NCBI GenBank assembly: GCA_040905565.1 | Contig: JBBDRF010000004.1 | Coordinates: 1-60,628, forward strand | Direction of reading: 5' to 3' | Source of the DNA: Phycisphaeraceae bacterium | GTDB lineage: Bacteria > Planctomycetota > Phycisphaerae > Phycisphaerales > Zrk34 | Length of the DNA: 60,628 nt | Part shown: positions 28,945-40,184 of the stretch, one piece after another | Layout: each line of letters opens with the position of its first letter | Numbering within the stretch: the stretch's first letter is position 1 | Program-made: the position numbers and the translations under genes | The notes under the pieces: model-generated | The model's input: the letters and a program-made list of their open reading frames with translations, nothing else | Database searches by the model: none | What the model was told of the DNA's origin: nothing

Positions 28945-30075
28945 TCAAAGCGTGCCGGTCTTGATGCCCTTGAGACGCATCTTCAGTTCATCAAGGTTGC
29001 GCGCAGCTTCCATGGCCACCTTCGGATGAATGAATTCCTTCAGCGTCAGATCGACCAGCCATTCGGTGTAGTCGATCATGCCTTCGTGCTGACTCTTGCG
29101 AATCAGCTCGGGCAGCTCAACTTCCCGTCCTTCAAGAATGTACTTCTTGACCGACGGACTGCCCAGCAGAACCTCCACAGCGGGCACGCGGGGCACATCC
29201 TCACGGATGGTCTTCAGCAATCGCTGATAAACGACGGCCTGAATCGATTGCGAAAACATCTCGCGGATCAGCCCACGCTCTTCGGGCGGGAACAGGTTGT
29301 AGATTCGACTGAAGCACTGCGACGCGCTCGAAGCGTGAACCGTGCCGAACACAAGATGGCCCGTCTCGGCGGCCTGGACGGCGGCTTCGAACGTCTCCTT
29401 GTCACGCAGCTCGCCAATCAGCACCACGTCCGGGTTCTCACGCACCAGCGCACGCAGACCATCGGAGAAGGCCGGCAGATCGACGCCGATCTCACGCTGG
29501 TTCACGATGGCGGTGTGGTCCTTGAAGATGAATTCGACCGGGTCTTCAATGGTGAGGATGTGGCAGGGCCGCGTCTCGTTGATGGCCTGCAGCATGGCGG
29601 CGATGGTGGTACTTTTGCCCGAGCCGGTGATCCCGCACAGCAGCACGAGCCCCTGATGATGCTTGGCAATCTCGCCCATGATCGGCGGCAGGCCGAGCTG
29701 CTCGTAGCTGAGGATTTCACTGCTGACGCGGCGAGCGGCGACGGCGGAACGGCCCATCGTGCGGAAGACGTTCACGCGGAAACGGTTGTCTTCGTCATAG
29801 GCGTACGCGAGGTCGACCGAGCCGCGGGCGAGGTAGTGGCTCCACTGCTCTTCGGTGAGCATCTCCCGCAGGTTCTCTTCGAGTTCCTCGTTGGTGAACG
29901 GGGCAGCCTCGGCGTTCTTGAGCAGGCCCCGGATGCGGAACTTCACCGGGACGCCGGGGCGGATGATGACGTCGGAAACTTCGAGACGGATGGCCGCTTC
30001 CCAAAACTTCTGGAGGCGTCCGCTGATCGCTTTGGCGTTATTGCTCTGGATCGGCTGGGCTTCTACTTCGCTCAT
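28945..30075 (-). CDS. pilT: Type IV pilus retraction ATPase, PilT/PilU family
   Basis: RFRVNVF, GITGSGKST, TIEDPVE, NQREIG, RENPDVVLIGELRD, ETGHLVFGTVH. Confidence 0.9.
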   Translation of the reverse strand: MSEVEAQPIQSNNAKAISGRLQKFWEAAIRLEVSDVIIRPGVPVKFRIRGLLKNAEAAPFTNEELEENLREMLTEEQWSHYLARGSVDLAYAYDEDNRFRVNVFRTMGRSAVAARRVSSEILSYEQLGLPPIMGEIAKHHQGLVLLCGITGSGKSTTIAAMLQAINETRPCHILTIEDPVEFIFKDHTAIVNQREIGVDLPAFSDGLRALVRENPDVVLIGELRDKETFEAAVQAAETGHLVFGTVHASSASQCFSRIYNLFPPEERGLIREMFSQSIQAVVYQRLLKTIREDVPRVPAVEVLLGSPSVKKYILEGREVELPELIRKSQHEGMIDYTEWLVDLTLKEFIHPKVAMEAARNLDELKMRLKGIKTGTL

Positions 30076-30194
30076 CGGTAGGCTCCAATTCTCAACAGCG
30101 TCACTCGGCCCCGACGCTCGCGGAGCAGGTCGAGGATCGTTGAACGCGACACTATACCATTTTTTCTCACATCAACAGCGTTTCGCCTTTGATC

Positions 30195-30998
30195 TCAAGC
30201 AGCCTCGACCGGCGAAGTGAGCCGAACGGCGATGCCGTGTGCGTCGAGGTACTGCTTGGTTTGGTCGATCGTATACTGTCCGTAGTGGAAGATACTTGCC
30301 GCCAGCGCGGCATCCGCCCCACCCCCGCCCTGCCCGGTGGGCTTGAGCACGTGGAGCATGTGCTCCGGGCCGCCGCAACCACCTGAGGCCACCACGGGTA
30401 CATCGACCGCCTCGGCGACGGCCGCGGTCATCTCCACGTCGTAACCGTCTTTCGTCCCGTCGGCGTCCATGCTCGTCAAAACAATTTCACCTGCGCCCAG
30501 TTCCACCACCCGTTTCGCCCAGGCCACGGCTTCCAGGCCCGTCGGCTTTCGGCCGCCGTGCGTGTGAACCTCCCACACCGTGCGCCCATCACGCTCGACC
30601 CGGCGCGGGTCGATATTCACGACCGTCGTGCACCGCCCGAACCGACGCGCCGTCTCGCTGATGATCGCCGGATTCACCACCGCCGCCGTGTTGATCGAAA
30701 CCTTCTCAGCCCCCGCCTGCACCAGTTCCGTGACGTCGTCGATGGTCCGAATGCCCCCGCCCACCGTGAACGGCATGAAGCACTGCTCCGCCACCCGCCG
30801 CACCACGTCGAGCATGATGTTGCGCTTCTCGTGGCTCGCCGTGATGTCCAGGAAAACCAGTTCGTCGGCACCCTGCTCCTCGTATCGCCGGGCGATATCC
30901 ACCGGGTCCCCCGCATCGCGCAGCCCCACGAAGTTCACGCCCTTGACCACGCGGCCGGCCTTCACATCCAGACACGGAATAATACGTTTGCAAAGCAT
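30195..30998 (-). CDS. hisF: Imidazole glycerol phosphate synthase cyclase subunit
   Basis: [37 protein letters not shown]. Confidence 0.97.
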   Translation of the reverse strand: MLCKRIIPCLDVKAGRVVKGVNFVGLRDAGDPVDIARRYEEQGADELVFLDITASHEKRNIMLDVVRRVAEQCFMPFTVGGGIRTIDDVTELVQAGAEKVSINTAAVVNPAIISETARRFGRCTTVVNIDPRRVERDGRTVWEVHTHGGRKPTGLEAVAWAKRVVELGAGEIVLTSMDADGTKDGYDVEMTAAVAEAVDVPVVASGGCGGPEHMLHVLKPTGQGGGGADAALAASIFHYGQYTIDQTKQYLDAHGIAVRLTSPVEAA

Positions 30999-31052
30999 CA
31001 GCTGATCTTACTCAACAAAGGTGCTGCCGCTCAAGCAGCGGTGCCACGCCGT

Positions 31053-31781
31053 TCACTCAACCTCGTCCTCCGCAGGCTCCGCCTCTTCGCCCGCATCATC
31101 ATCCAGATCAAACGGCAGCACGAACGCCGGCCGCCCGGGTGCCGCCTCAGCCTCCCCCTCCGCTTCAACAGCCGCCTCGTCTTCGCCAGCGTCCACCGCC
31201 TCGCCCGCCGCCGCCGCCTCGAGCTCGCGCAGCATCTGCCGGGCCGCGTAACCCGCCGGATGATCCTCGTGCTCACGCAGGTACGCCCGCAGCAGCGGCG
31301 CCATCTGCTCACGCTTCTCCGCGACCTCAGCCTCGCTGAGTCTGATATCGATCAGGTCCGCCGTCAGCTGCCAGAAATCGCCCACAGCCTCCGCCTGCGG
31401 ATCCGCAAGATGCGCCGTCCGCTCAGCCGTCGCCCGAAGCCGGCCCCGATACGTCCCCACCCGCGGATCCTCCGGGAACGCCGCAATGTACCCGTGCAGC
31501 GCCTGCATATGCAGCGAATAAGCCTCAAGCTGAAGCTCCGGCTCGTCCGCGATCACCGCAAGCTCGCTCGTGTCGCCGATCATCTCCAGCAGTCGGCTAC
31601 GCAGATCCTCACGTGCCGCATCAAGCTCAGGCTGAACCAGCGCCTCAGCGATCCGCGCCAGCAGCACCTTCTCCTGCGAACTTTCCGGCCCGTCGGCCTG
31701 CTCCGCCGCTGCAAAACTCGTCAGCCCCACCGCCAGCCCCACCGCCAGCACAGTCGCGGCCAGTGAACTCATCTGCGTCAT
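31053..31781 (-). CDS. Exported acidic hypothetical protein
   Basis: Signal peptide-like N-terminus, helical acidic body; start uncertain. Confidence 0.6.
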   Translation of the reverse strand: MTQMSSLAATVLAVGLAVGLTSFAAAEQADGPESSQEKVLLARIAEALVQPELDAAREDLRSRLLEMIGDTSELAVIADEPELQLEAYSLHMQALHGYIAAFPEDPRVGTYRGRLRATAERTAHLADPQAEAVGDFWQLTADLIDIRLSEAEVAEKREQMAPLLRAYLREHEDHPAGYAARQMLRELEAAAAGEAVDAGEDEAAVEAEGEAEAAPGRPAFVLPFDLDDDAGEEAEPAEDEVE

Positions 31782-31924
31782 CAAAGGCTCCTCCAAAACC
31801 CCACCACTGACCGTACAATAACACGCTCAAAACTTATCCACCGAATAACCGTCAGCTTATCCAGCAGAATCTTCTCCGGCCTCTTCGCATGCCCTCGAGC
31901 CCCATCAATGATACAACGCCCCCT

Positions 31925-33349
<1,425 letters not shown>

Positions 33350-33372
33350 GCGCCCCTACACACCCACCCCCC

Positions 33373-33397
33373 GAAGCCCACGGCGTACCGCCGTGGG
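33373..33397 (+). repeat. REP family C copy (GAAG-CCCACGGC-GTACC-GCCGTGGG)
   Basis: Perfect hairpin, identical to 33721-33745. Confidence 0.9.
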
Positions 33398-33489
33398 TCC
33401 CATCATCAACCCCCACACGCTAAGGATTCCCCCCACTGCCCACCTGCGCACGCGCTCCTACCATGGCTGAAAGAAAAGGAGACTCAGCC

Positions 33490-33711
33490 ATGTATGAACT
33501 GCAAGAAGGACAGTGCGGCCTCTGTTCCCATTTCGCCGAACATCAGCCCGACCAGCAGGAACAGGTCGTCCAGATCCGCACCCAGCATGCCGCGCCGGAA
33601 GACCTCGTCGAAGAATGCGGCCACCCCGAGCACGAACCACTCCACCTCCGCGTCACAGCACTCAGCGGCTGCGACGGCTTCAGCCCCGCCTACCAGACCT
33701 CACACCGCTGA
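33490..33711 (+). CDS. Small Cys/His protein (CxxC...C...C), putative metal binder
   Basis: MYELQEGQCGLCSHF...ECGHP...SGCDGF; AAGGAG Shine-Dalgarno. Confidence 0.7.
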   Translation: MYELQEGQCGLCSHFAEHQPDQQEQVVQIRTQHAAPEDLVEECGHPEHEPLHLRVTALSGCDGFSPAYQTSHR

Positions 33712-33720
33712 AGCACGCGC

Positions 33721-33921
33721 GAAGCCCACGGCGTACCGCCGTGGGAACACAGAGCCGGGCTGTCCCCAGCCCGGTCTTCTCTCGCCCCGCTGGGCGCGCC
33801 CCTGACAACGAGCCGCGCACGTCAGTAAGCGGTTGTGCGTGCAACTTCGCCGCGCCGTCACAACACCCCCACAACCTCACGGCCGCGACGAACCAACCAC
33901 TCCCTTACGGTCGCGGCTCGT
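33721..33921. repeat. Mosaic REP cluster: C (33721-33745 +), B (33751-33774 +), variant A (33808-33833 +), A (33896-33921 -)
   Basis: Direct reading of four hairpins within 200 bp. Confidence 0.88.
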
Positions 33922-33983
33922 ATCCCGACCGCTGCTCCCAACCCCCCTGGCGCTCCCACCCACCGTCTGTTAAAATCGCCCGC

Positions 33984-34979
33984 ATGAGCGATTCAACCGA
34001 GACGGCAGCGATGAACCGAATCGCAGTGGGCGATTGCCTGGCATCGATGGCAACCTTCCCCGAAAACAGCGTCGACCTCGTCTTCGCCGATCCGCCTTAC
34101 AACATCGGCTACAAGTACGACGCCTACGAAGACAAGCGCGACGATGCGGACTACCTCGCCTGGACCGAGCAGTGGATCAACGGCTGCGCCCGCCTGCTCA
34201 AGCCCACCGGCTCGCTGTACATCCTGATCGGTGACGAGTACGCCGCCGAGGTCCGGCTGCACCTGAAAAAACTCGAACGCGAGCATCAGCTGGTCTTCCG
34301 CAACTGGGTGATCTGGCACTACACGTTCGGGCAGAACTGCAAGCTGAAGTTCAACCGCTCGCACGCCCACCTGTTCTACTGCGTCGGCTCCGCTGCGATC
34401 GACAAGAAGTGGACCGTGAAGGAGCCGCCGTTCACCTTCAATCGGCAAGCCATCGCTGTCCCCTCCGCCAGGCAGACGACCTACGCCGACACGCGCGCCA
34501 ACCCCAAAGGCAAGCTGCCCGACGACACCTGGTACCTCCGCCCGCAGGAAGCAGACGGCTCACTCTTCCGCGCCGACGAAGACACCTGGTACCTCTCGCG
34601 ACTCTGCGGCACGTTCAAAGAACGCCTCGGCTGGCACCCCTGCCAGTTGCCCGAAGCCCTGCTCGAACGCATCACACGCGTCTCCTCCAATGAAGGCGAC
34701 GTCGTCTTCGATCCGTTCGTCGGCAGCGGCACGACCCTCGCCGTGGCTGCCCGGCTCAAGCGTCAATGGCTTGGCTGTGAGCTGAGTAAGGACTATGCCG
34801 CCCGCGCCACCGAGCGCATCGAACACGCTGCCCAGACAGGCGAAACGTTCACCACAAGCCTTGAAGACAAGGGCATCGAGCGTGGTAAGCCGAAGAAAAA
34901 AGCCGAGCCGACGCGGTCGCCCAAGCTGCGCAAAGAGGTCGTCGCGGACGAAGCTTCAGAAAGCCTGTCCCTCAAATGA
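33984..34979 (+). CDS. Orphan amino-DNA methyltransferase (N4-C/N6-A, beta-type motif order)
   Basis: FADPPY N-terminal, HPCQLP, DPFVGSGTT C-terminal; no adjacent restriction endonuclease recognised. Confidence 0.9.
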   Translation: MSDSTETAAMNRIAVGDCLASMATFPENSVDLVFADPPYNIGYKYDAYEDKRDDADYLAWTEQWINGCARLLKPTGSLYILIGDEYAAEVRLHLKKLEREHQLVFRNWVIWHYTFGQNCKLKFNRSHAHLFYCVGSAAIDKKWTVKEPPFTFNRQAIAVPSARQTTYADTRANPKGKLPDDTWYLRPQEADGSLFRADEDTWYLSRLCGTFKERLGWHPCQLPEALLERITRVSSNEGDVVFDPFVGSGTTLAVAARLKRQWLGCELSKDYAARATERIEHAAQTGETFTTSLEDKGIERGKPKKKAEPTRSPKLRKEVVADEASESLSLK

Positions 34980-35476
34980 GTGATCCCGCGCCGACACAGC
35001 CGTTCACCTTCCGAAGCGGAAGCTGGTCGGGCAAGGCAGCGGCCCTCGCCATGGTGCTCGCCTTCGGCTCAGCGGTCACCCTCTACTGGGAACTTCAGCG
35101 CACGGCGGTCGGGCTGGTGGGCATCACGCTGCTGGTGGCGATGGCCTTGGCCTGCGCCATCTGGTGGCGCGTGCGGGTCGACCCGGGCACCCGTTCGGTC
35201 ACCCGGTCGGCCATGCTCGTCGGCCTCGTCCCCCTCGCCTGGCGGAAGATGCAGGGCGACCAGATCGCGACCGTCCGCTTTGAGGGCAAGCGTCGCGCGC
35301 GGGCCTGGCACGACTACTGGTACATCTACATTATCGGAACCGACGGCCGATCCATGACCGTCGACTGGGCCTCCGTCGTGCGCACCGATGAGCCCACCGA
35401 AGCCTGGCAACACGCTCAGAAGATCGCACGAGCACTCGGGGTCCCCGTCGAAAATAAAGGCATTATCTACGGGTGA
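34976..35476 (+). CDS. Hypothetical membrane protein
   Basis: Two TM helices; ATGA overlap with the methyltransferase stop. Confidence 0.6.
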   Translation: MSDPAPTQPFTFRSGSWSGKAAALAMVLAFGSAVTLYWELQRTAVGLVGITLLVAMALACAIWWRVRVDPGTRSVTRSAMLVGLVPLAWRKMQGDQIATVRFEGKRRARAWHDYWYIYIIGTDGRSMTVDWASVVRTDEPTEAWQHAQKIARALGVPVENKGIIYG

Positions 35477-35625
35477 CAATCCGCGGAAACGGCGGGTAAC
35501 GCCCCGTAATGAGGCGTAATCGTTAGTCGTTACGTGTCATTACTTTGCGCGATCGGCGGGGGGGATGGCTAATAGGCGCCAGGCATTCGTAAATCGTGTT
35601 TGGCTAACGTCCTGCGCTTGGTTTG

Positions 35626-36009
35626 TCACTCGAAAAGGTGGGTGGGGACGGGCTGGAGCTTGCCTTCGCGGTTCAGACAGGCGAGGACGGTGGAGGCTTT
35701 GCACAGCAGCAGGCCGTCGCGGTGGATTTCGTAATCGTGTTCGATGCGGACATGCGTGACCCGGCGGAGCGTGGCGGTGACGTCGAGCACGTCGTCGTAG
35801 CGGGCGGGGAGCTTGTAGTGCAGATTCATCTTGACGACGACGATAAGTACTCCGCTTGACTCGAGTTCTGCATAGCTAAGGCCCGTCGTTCGCAGCAGCT
35901 CCCCGCGCGCCATCTCCATCCAGACAGGGTAGGTCGAATGATGCACCAGCCCCATCGGATCGCACTCAGTATACCGGACTCTTACGGAGATCGTGGTCGA
36001 GCGGGTCAT
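35626..36009 (-). CDS. Acyl-CoA thioesterase, YbgC/FadM family
   Basis: RVRYTECDPMGLVHHSTY, YKLPARYDD. Confidence 0.9.
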   Translation of the reverse strand: MTRSTTISVRVRYTECDPMGLVHHSTYPVWMEMARGELLRTTGLSYAELESSGVLIVVVKMNLHYKLPARYDDVLDVTATLRRVTHVRIEHDYEIHRDGLLLCKASTVLACLNREGKLQPVPTHLFE

Positions 36010-36208
36010 CAGTACCTCTATCAGTTATAGTCGTGACATGGGGCGGCGGCGATGCACTTATACGGCTGAATTTCTCAAGGAAAAGTTTGCATCTAAGTTG
36101 GAGCCTGATCGCTGCGTGAGCCGATAAGCGGTTTAACACAGGAGCCTAACGGGTTCTACCGGCGTGAAGCCGCGTCGGGAAGGAGCGGTCCATTTTATCC
36201 ACCGGAGC

Positions 36209-36236
36209 TTGACACCAGACTAGGACGGCAGATAAT
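36209..36236 (+). promoter_or_regulatory. Sigma70-like promoter upstream of the porin leader
   Basis: TTGACA-16 bp-GATAAT. Confidence 0.55.
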
Positions 36237-36516
36237 GCTCCGCAACCTGCCCGCATCGCGTCGGGCTGCAGGATCAACGCGTGATACGCCATCAGGGGCG
36301 TGGACGCAGACGCCTAGCGAGGGACGCCGGGGACTACCGCGATGCTTCGGGGGTTACACGAAGACACCATTAGAGCTAGAGGCTTTAAAACATCGCTCCA
36401 CGTTGGAGCACGGGCGGATAACTGAGCGATCGGTATCCGCCTTCACTAGTTTGATCCATTCGGGTGGATGGGTCAGGGAACGGTTAAGAGGTTTCCTTTT
36501 AGGGAGACGATTCGCA

Positions 36517-37989
36517 ATGAAGAGCAAGTTCACGGCATGGACAGGTGCCCTGGTGCTCGGCACATTCGCTGGCGTCGGTTACGGCGCTGACGGGTCCGAC
36601 ATTCGGGCAGAACTGGACGCACTGAAGTCCCAGGTACAGGATCAGCAATCCGAAATTCAGCGGCTTCGTTCCGCTTCGGGTGAGTCCTGGCTTAACGAGC
36701 GGCGGTCTGAAGAAGTCCGCGCTCTCGTGCATGAGGTCATCGGCGACGCCGATACCCGTGCGTCATTCCAGGAAGGCGGCCTGACGGCTGGCCACCGGGA
36801 TCATTTTTTCATCGCCAGCGACGACGGCAACTTCCTGCTGAACGTCAGCGGGCAGGTGCAGACCCGCTACATCTACAACAAGCGTCGTGACTCGGTCGCG
36901 ACCACGATTGATCCCGATGGCGTCGAGCGTCGCAGCACTTCGGGCTTTGAAGTCCGTCGCGCCAAGCTCGGCTTCCACGGTCACATCTTCGATCCCCGTC
37001 TGACCTACGGCATTCGTGGCAACTTCGCCCCGACCCGTGGTTTCGCGTCGGACTTCGGCGGTGTGCTCACCGACGAGATCTTCGTCGGCCAGCGTGACGG
37101 TTTCCGTCTGGAAGAAGCATGGTTCGGTTACGAGTTCGCTGATGGCTGGCAGGTCAAGGTCGGCCAGTTCAAGGCTCCGTTCCTCCGCGAGGAACTGGTT
37201 TACAGCGCTCATCAGCTGGCCGTCGAGCGTTCGTTCACGTCTGAGATTCTCAGCGCCGGTTATGCCCAGGGTGCGCAGCTCAGCTACACGGCTGACATGT
37301 TCCGCGCCAGCGTCATGCTTCATGACGGGTCGCGTTCGGCGAACACGGGTTGGGATCGTACCGCCGCCGGTGGTGCCGTCGATTTCGCCGTCGCCGGTCG
37401 TGGTGAGATTCTTCTCGCCGGTAACTGGGCCCAGTTCGCTGACTTCACGACGTGGCAGGACGATGAGCTCGGTCTGATGATCGGTGCTGGCGCCAACTAC
37501 GAGAACGCAGCGGGCGGCGCTGAGTTCCAGGCCAACGACGTGCTCCGCTGGACGGTTGACGCGTCGATTGAGGTTCCCGAAGCAGCGGGTCTGAACGCCT
37601 TCGCTGCGATCGTGGGTAACCACCCGCAGGGCCGTGACGCCACGATCCCCGCAGGCGCCACCAACTTCGATCACGTTGATCAGTGGGGCGTTGTTGCCCA
37701 GGCTGGCATCTTCGCGGTCCCCGACAAGATGGACGTGTTCGTTCGCTGGGAATACCTGGACCTCATGGATCGTGACCTTGCTGGTTTCGATGATGATGCG
37801 TTCACCCGCAAGGCGCACACTCTCACCGCCGGCACCAACTACTACATGCATGGCCACGCGGCCAAGGCATCGTTGGACCTGGTGTGGCATCTGGATCCCG
37901 TCCCCGTCAACGCACCCGGAACGGGCGTGCTGGCGTCGGAAGAGGATGACCAGTTCGCCGTCCGTGCTCAGTTCCAGTTCCTCTTCTGA
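36517..37989 (+). CDS. Outer-membrane porin (OprP/OprO-like beta-barrel with coiled-coil N-terminus)
   Basis: Signal peptide, coiled coil, GFEVRRAKL, GQFKAPFLREE, C-terminal QFQFLF. Confidence 0.85.
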   Translation: MKSKFTAWTGALVLGTFAGVGYGADGSDIRAELDALKSQVQDQQSEIQRLRSASGESWLNERRSEEVRALVHEVIGDADTRASFQEGGLTAGHRDHFFIASDDGNFLLNVSGQVQTRYIYNKRRDSVATTIDPDGVERRSTSGFEVRRAKLGFHGHIFDPRLTYGIRGNFAPTRGFASDFGGVLTDEIFVGQRDGFRLEEAWFGYEFADGWQVKVGQFKAPFLREELVYSAHQLAVERSFTSEILSAGYAQGAQLSYTADMFRASVMLHDGSRSANTGWDRTAAGGAVDFAVAGRGEILLAGNWAQFADFTTWQDDELGLMIGAGANYENAAGGAEFQANDVLRWTVDASIEVPEAAGLNAFAAIVGNHPQGRDATIPAGATNFDHVDQWGVVAQAGIFAVPDKMDVFVRWEYLDLMDRDLAGFDDDAFTRKAHTLTAGTNYYMHGHAAKASLDLVWHLDPVPVNAPGTGVLASEEDDQFAVRAQFQFLF

Positions 37990-38030
37990 GGTTTGGTCTG
38001 ACAGCTACGGATTGAGTTGAAAAGCTCATT

Positions 38031-38064
38031 GCCCGCCGCCCTTTGATGGGCGGCGGGTTTTTTT
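38031..38064 (+). terminator. Rho-independent terminator after the porin gene
   Basis: gcccgccgccc-loop-gggcggcgggt followed by a T run. Confidence 0.9.
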
Positions 38065-38086
38065 ATGCGCGGGTGTGTGGGGGGGA

Positions 38087-38111
38087 CCCACGGCGGTACG
38101 CCGTGGGCTTC
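38087..38111 (-). repeat. REP family C copy
   Basis: cccacggcggtacgccgtgggcttc; further copies at 39179-39203, 52737-52758, 54756-54780. Confidence 0.9.
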
Positions 38112-38173
38112 GGGGTGGGGGTGGTGGTGGGGTGGGGGTTTGTGATTGGGGGTGGGTCTGCGATAATCTGGGC

Positions 38174-39151
38174 ATGCGGATTTATGCGGGTATTGATGAG
38201 GCGGGGTACGGGCCGATGTTTGGTCCGTTGGTGATCGCGAGGTCGGTGTTTGTGGTGGAAGGCGAGGGCGAGGCTGGGGAGGATCTGTGTTTATGGCGTG
38301 CGTTGGCGCGTGCGGTTTGCCGAAAGGGTGGCGATCGACGTCGGCGGATTGCGGTGGCGGATTCGAAACAGCTTTACAGCACGGCGAAGGGGCTCAGCGT
38401 TCTCGAGCGGGGGGTGCTGTCGTTCGCGGGGCTGGCGGGTTGCGGGACTCGGACGCTTGATGAACTGCTTGCGGAGGTGGCGCACGACGAGGAGGGGCGG
38501 ACGCCTTCGCTGCTTTGGTATGCCGACGAGAGCGGTGGGCCGATTCTGCCTGATGCGCTGACGGAAGGGGAGTTGGCGATCTCGCGCAGTCAGCTTCGGC
38601 GGGTGGCGGAGAATGCGGGGGTACAGCTTGGGGACATGTCGGCGGCGGTTGTTTACGAGGATCGCTACAACCGGATTTGCTCAGCGACACGCTCGAAGGC
38701 GCGGTGTGCGTGGCAGTTCGTGTCGCAGCATATTCTGGCGATCTGGGAAGCGTACGGGGAGCATCACCCGTTCCTGGTGGTCGATCGGCAGGGCGGGCGG
38801 AAGGTGTATCACGAACTGCTGCAACTGGTGTTCGAGGGGGCGGAGGTGCAGTTGATCGACGAGAGTGACGACATCAGCCGTTACACGATCAGGCGAGGCG
38901 AGAGGGCGATGACGATCAGTTTTGAGGTCGGGGCGGAGACAAGGCATCTGCCTGTGGCGCTGGCGAGCATGACGGCGAAGTACATGCGTGAGCTGCTGAT
39001 GATCCGGTTCAATCGGTTCTGGTCACAACGGCGTGATGACCTGAAGCCGACGGCGGGGTATCGCAATGATGCGCATCGGTTTTTGGCGGATATTGAGCCG
39101 GTGATTGCGCAGATGGAGCTTGATCGTGGGTTGTTGATTCGGCGGTTGTAG
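38174..39151 (+). CDS. Ribonuclease HII-like protein
   Basis: GIDEAGYGPMFGPLV, ADSKQL, VDRQGG, VALASMTAK, AGY. Confidence 0.8.
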   Translation: MRIYAGIDEAGYGPMFGPLVIARSVFVVEGEGEAGEDLCLWRALARAVCRKGGDRRRRIAVADSKQLYSTAKGLSVLERGVLSFAGLAGCGTRTLDELLAEVAHDEEGRTPSLLWYADESGGPILPDALTEGELAISRSQLRRVAENAGVQLGDMSAAVVYEDRYNRICSATRSKARCAWQFVSQHILAIWEAYGEHHPFLVVDRQGGRKVYHELLQLVFEGAEVQLIDESDDISRYTIRRGERAMTISFEVGAETRHLPVALASMTAKYMRELLMIRFNRFWSQRRDDLKPTAGYRNDAHRFLADIEPVIAQMELDRGLLIRRL

Positions 39152-39830
39152 GGGTGTTGGGCGGTGTTGGGTTGGGGACCCACGGCGGTACGCCGGGGGG
39201 GTCGGGGGGTGTTTGGGGTGTGGGGGTGGTGGGTGGGGGGAAGGAGAGGGTATCTTCGTTGAAGCCGACGGCGGCGAGTCGGCCTGTGTCTTCGTCGTAT
39301 TCCCAGCCGTGCGATGAGGTGGCCTGGCCGAAGGCGGCGACTTCGGTGGAGCGGGTGAAGATGTTCATGGGCGCTTTTTGCAGGTATGGGCCGTGCCGAC
39401 CGTTCGGGTCGGTGACGCCTTCGGCGTCGGTGGGCATGAGCATGCTGGACCACATCTGCTCGAGCGCGGGGTACTCTTCGTTGTGGTGGACTTTGTAGAG
39501 TTCGAGCTGGGCGCGGGCGCTCTTGAGCATGGAGAGGGTGCTGTTGACGCGGGCGGTTTCGGAAGCGCTGGTGAATTGTGGGATGACGATGGAGGCGAGG
39601 ATGCCGATGATCACGACGACGATGAGGATTTCGACGAGGGTGAAAGCGGTGGCTCTTGCGGGGGGCGCGGGGATTGGCAGCGGCGGGGCGGTCGGCGGCT
39701 GGGGCGGCGCGCAGGTGAGCTGAAGCGTGGGCGGCGGCGGGGGGGTGGAGGGGGTGGACCAGGCGGCGCGCTTCAGCTGGCGTGTGGCGAGGCGGCGGGT
39801 GGGACGATGTCGGCGTGCGAAAACAGGCAT
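39009..39830 (-). CDS. Prepilin-type (GspG-like) protein
   Basis: AFTLVEILIVVVIIGILASIVIPQF, QLELYKVHH, GPYLQKAPMN; GAGGAG Shine-Dalgarno; 3' end uncertain. Confidence 0.8.
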   Translation of the reverse strand: MPVFARRHRPTRRLATRQLKRAAWSTPSTPPPPPTLQLTCAPPQPPTAPPLPIPAPPARATAFTLVEILIVVVIIGILASIVIPQFTSASETARVNSTLSMLKSARAQLELYKVHHNEEYPALEQMWSSMLMPTDAEGVTDPNGRHGPYLQKAPMNIFTRSTEVAAFGQATSSHGWEYDEDTGRLAAVGFNEDTLSFPPPTTPTPQTPPDPPGVPPWVPNPTPPNTPTTAESTTHDQAPSAQSPAQYPPKTDAHHCDTPPSASGHHAVVTRTD

Positions 39831-40000
39831 GTATTTCTCCTCGAGTGGCGGAAGACTTCAGGTCCGCGTCGTGGAAAAGACATCGGCAGCGTGAGGGGGC
39901 GACTTTGGGCGGAAGGGCGTGTGGCTGTGAAAAAGGCGCTTGTGAGCCTGCCTATCTGCCCCACGCGTTGCAGGCGATACGATCGTTGCGGTCCGCCCGA

Positions 40001-40028
40001 GCACTGGTGGGCAAGCCACCAGTGGCAC
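40001..40028 (-). repeat. REP-like hairpin (GTGCCACTGGTGGCTTGCCCACCAGTGC)
   Basis: cactggtgg/ccaccagtg stem; single copy in window. Confidence 0.55.
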
Positions 40029-40072
40029 GCAGCACCTCACGGTTCTGACGGACGGTCGCTGACGCTTCCCGC

Positions 40073-40182
40073 GGGTGTCCCGGCCAGCGCAGACGGCCGG
40101 GTGGGATGGCGACATCGGCCCCGGCATCTGTGCAGGTCCGGAGAACCCGGCCGTCTCGCTTCGCTCGCTGGCCGGGGCACCC
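40073..40182. repeat. 110-bp family D doublet (REPIN/MITE-like), homologous to 58454-58557 in opposite orientation
   Basis: Inverted family D ends and shared internal spacer ccggcatctg(t/c)gcaggtccgg. Confidence 0.85.
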
Positions 40183-40184
40183 CT

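Noticed and set aside
33513..33983. N-terminal extensions in the ORF track for the methyltransferase (similarly bioF, porin, nth, RNase HII-like)
   Set aside because: The extensions run through REPs or leaders and give low-complexity peptides; downstream starts fit the protein families
33984..35476. Restriction-modification or defence system
   Set aside because: The gene coupled to the methyltransferase is a small membrane protein with no nuclease motif; treated as an orphan methyltransferase
36120..36127. Sigma-28 promoter (GCCGATAA); also GCCGATAC upstream of flgM near 54214
   Set aside because: No convincing -35 element at the proper spacing, so not reported as a feature
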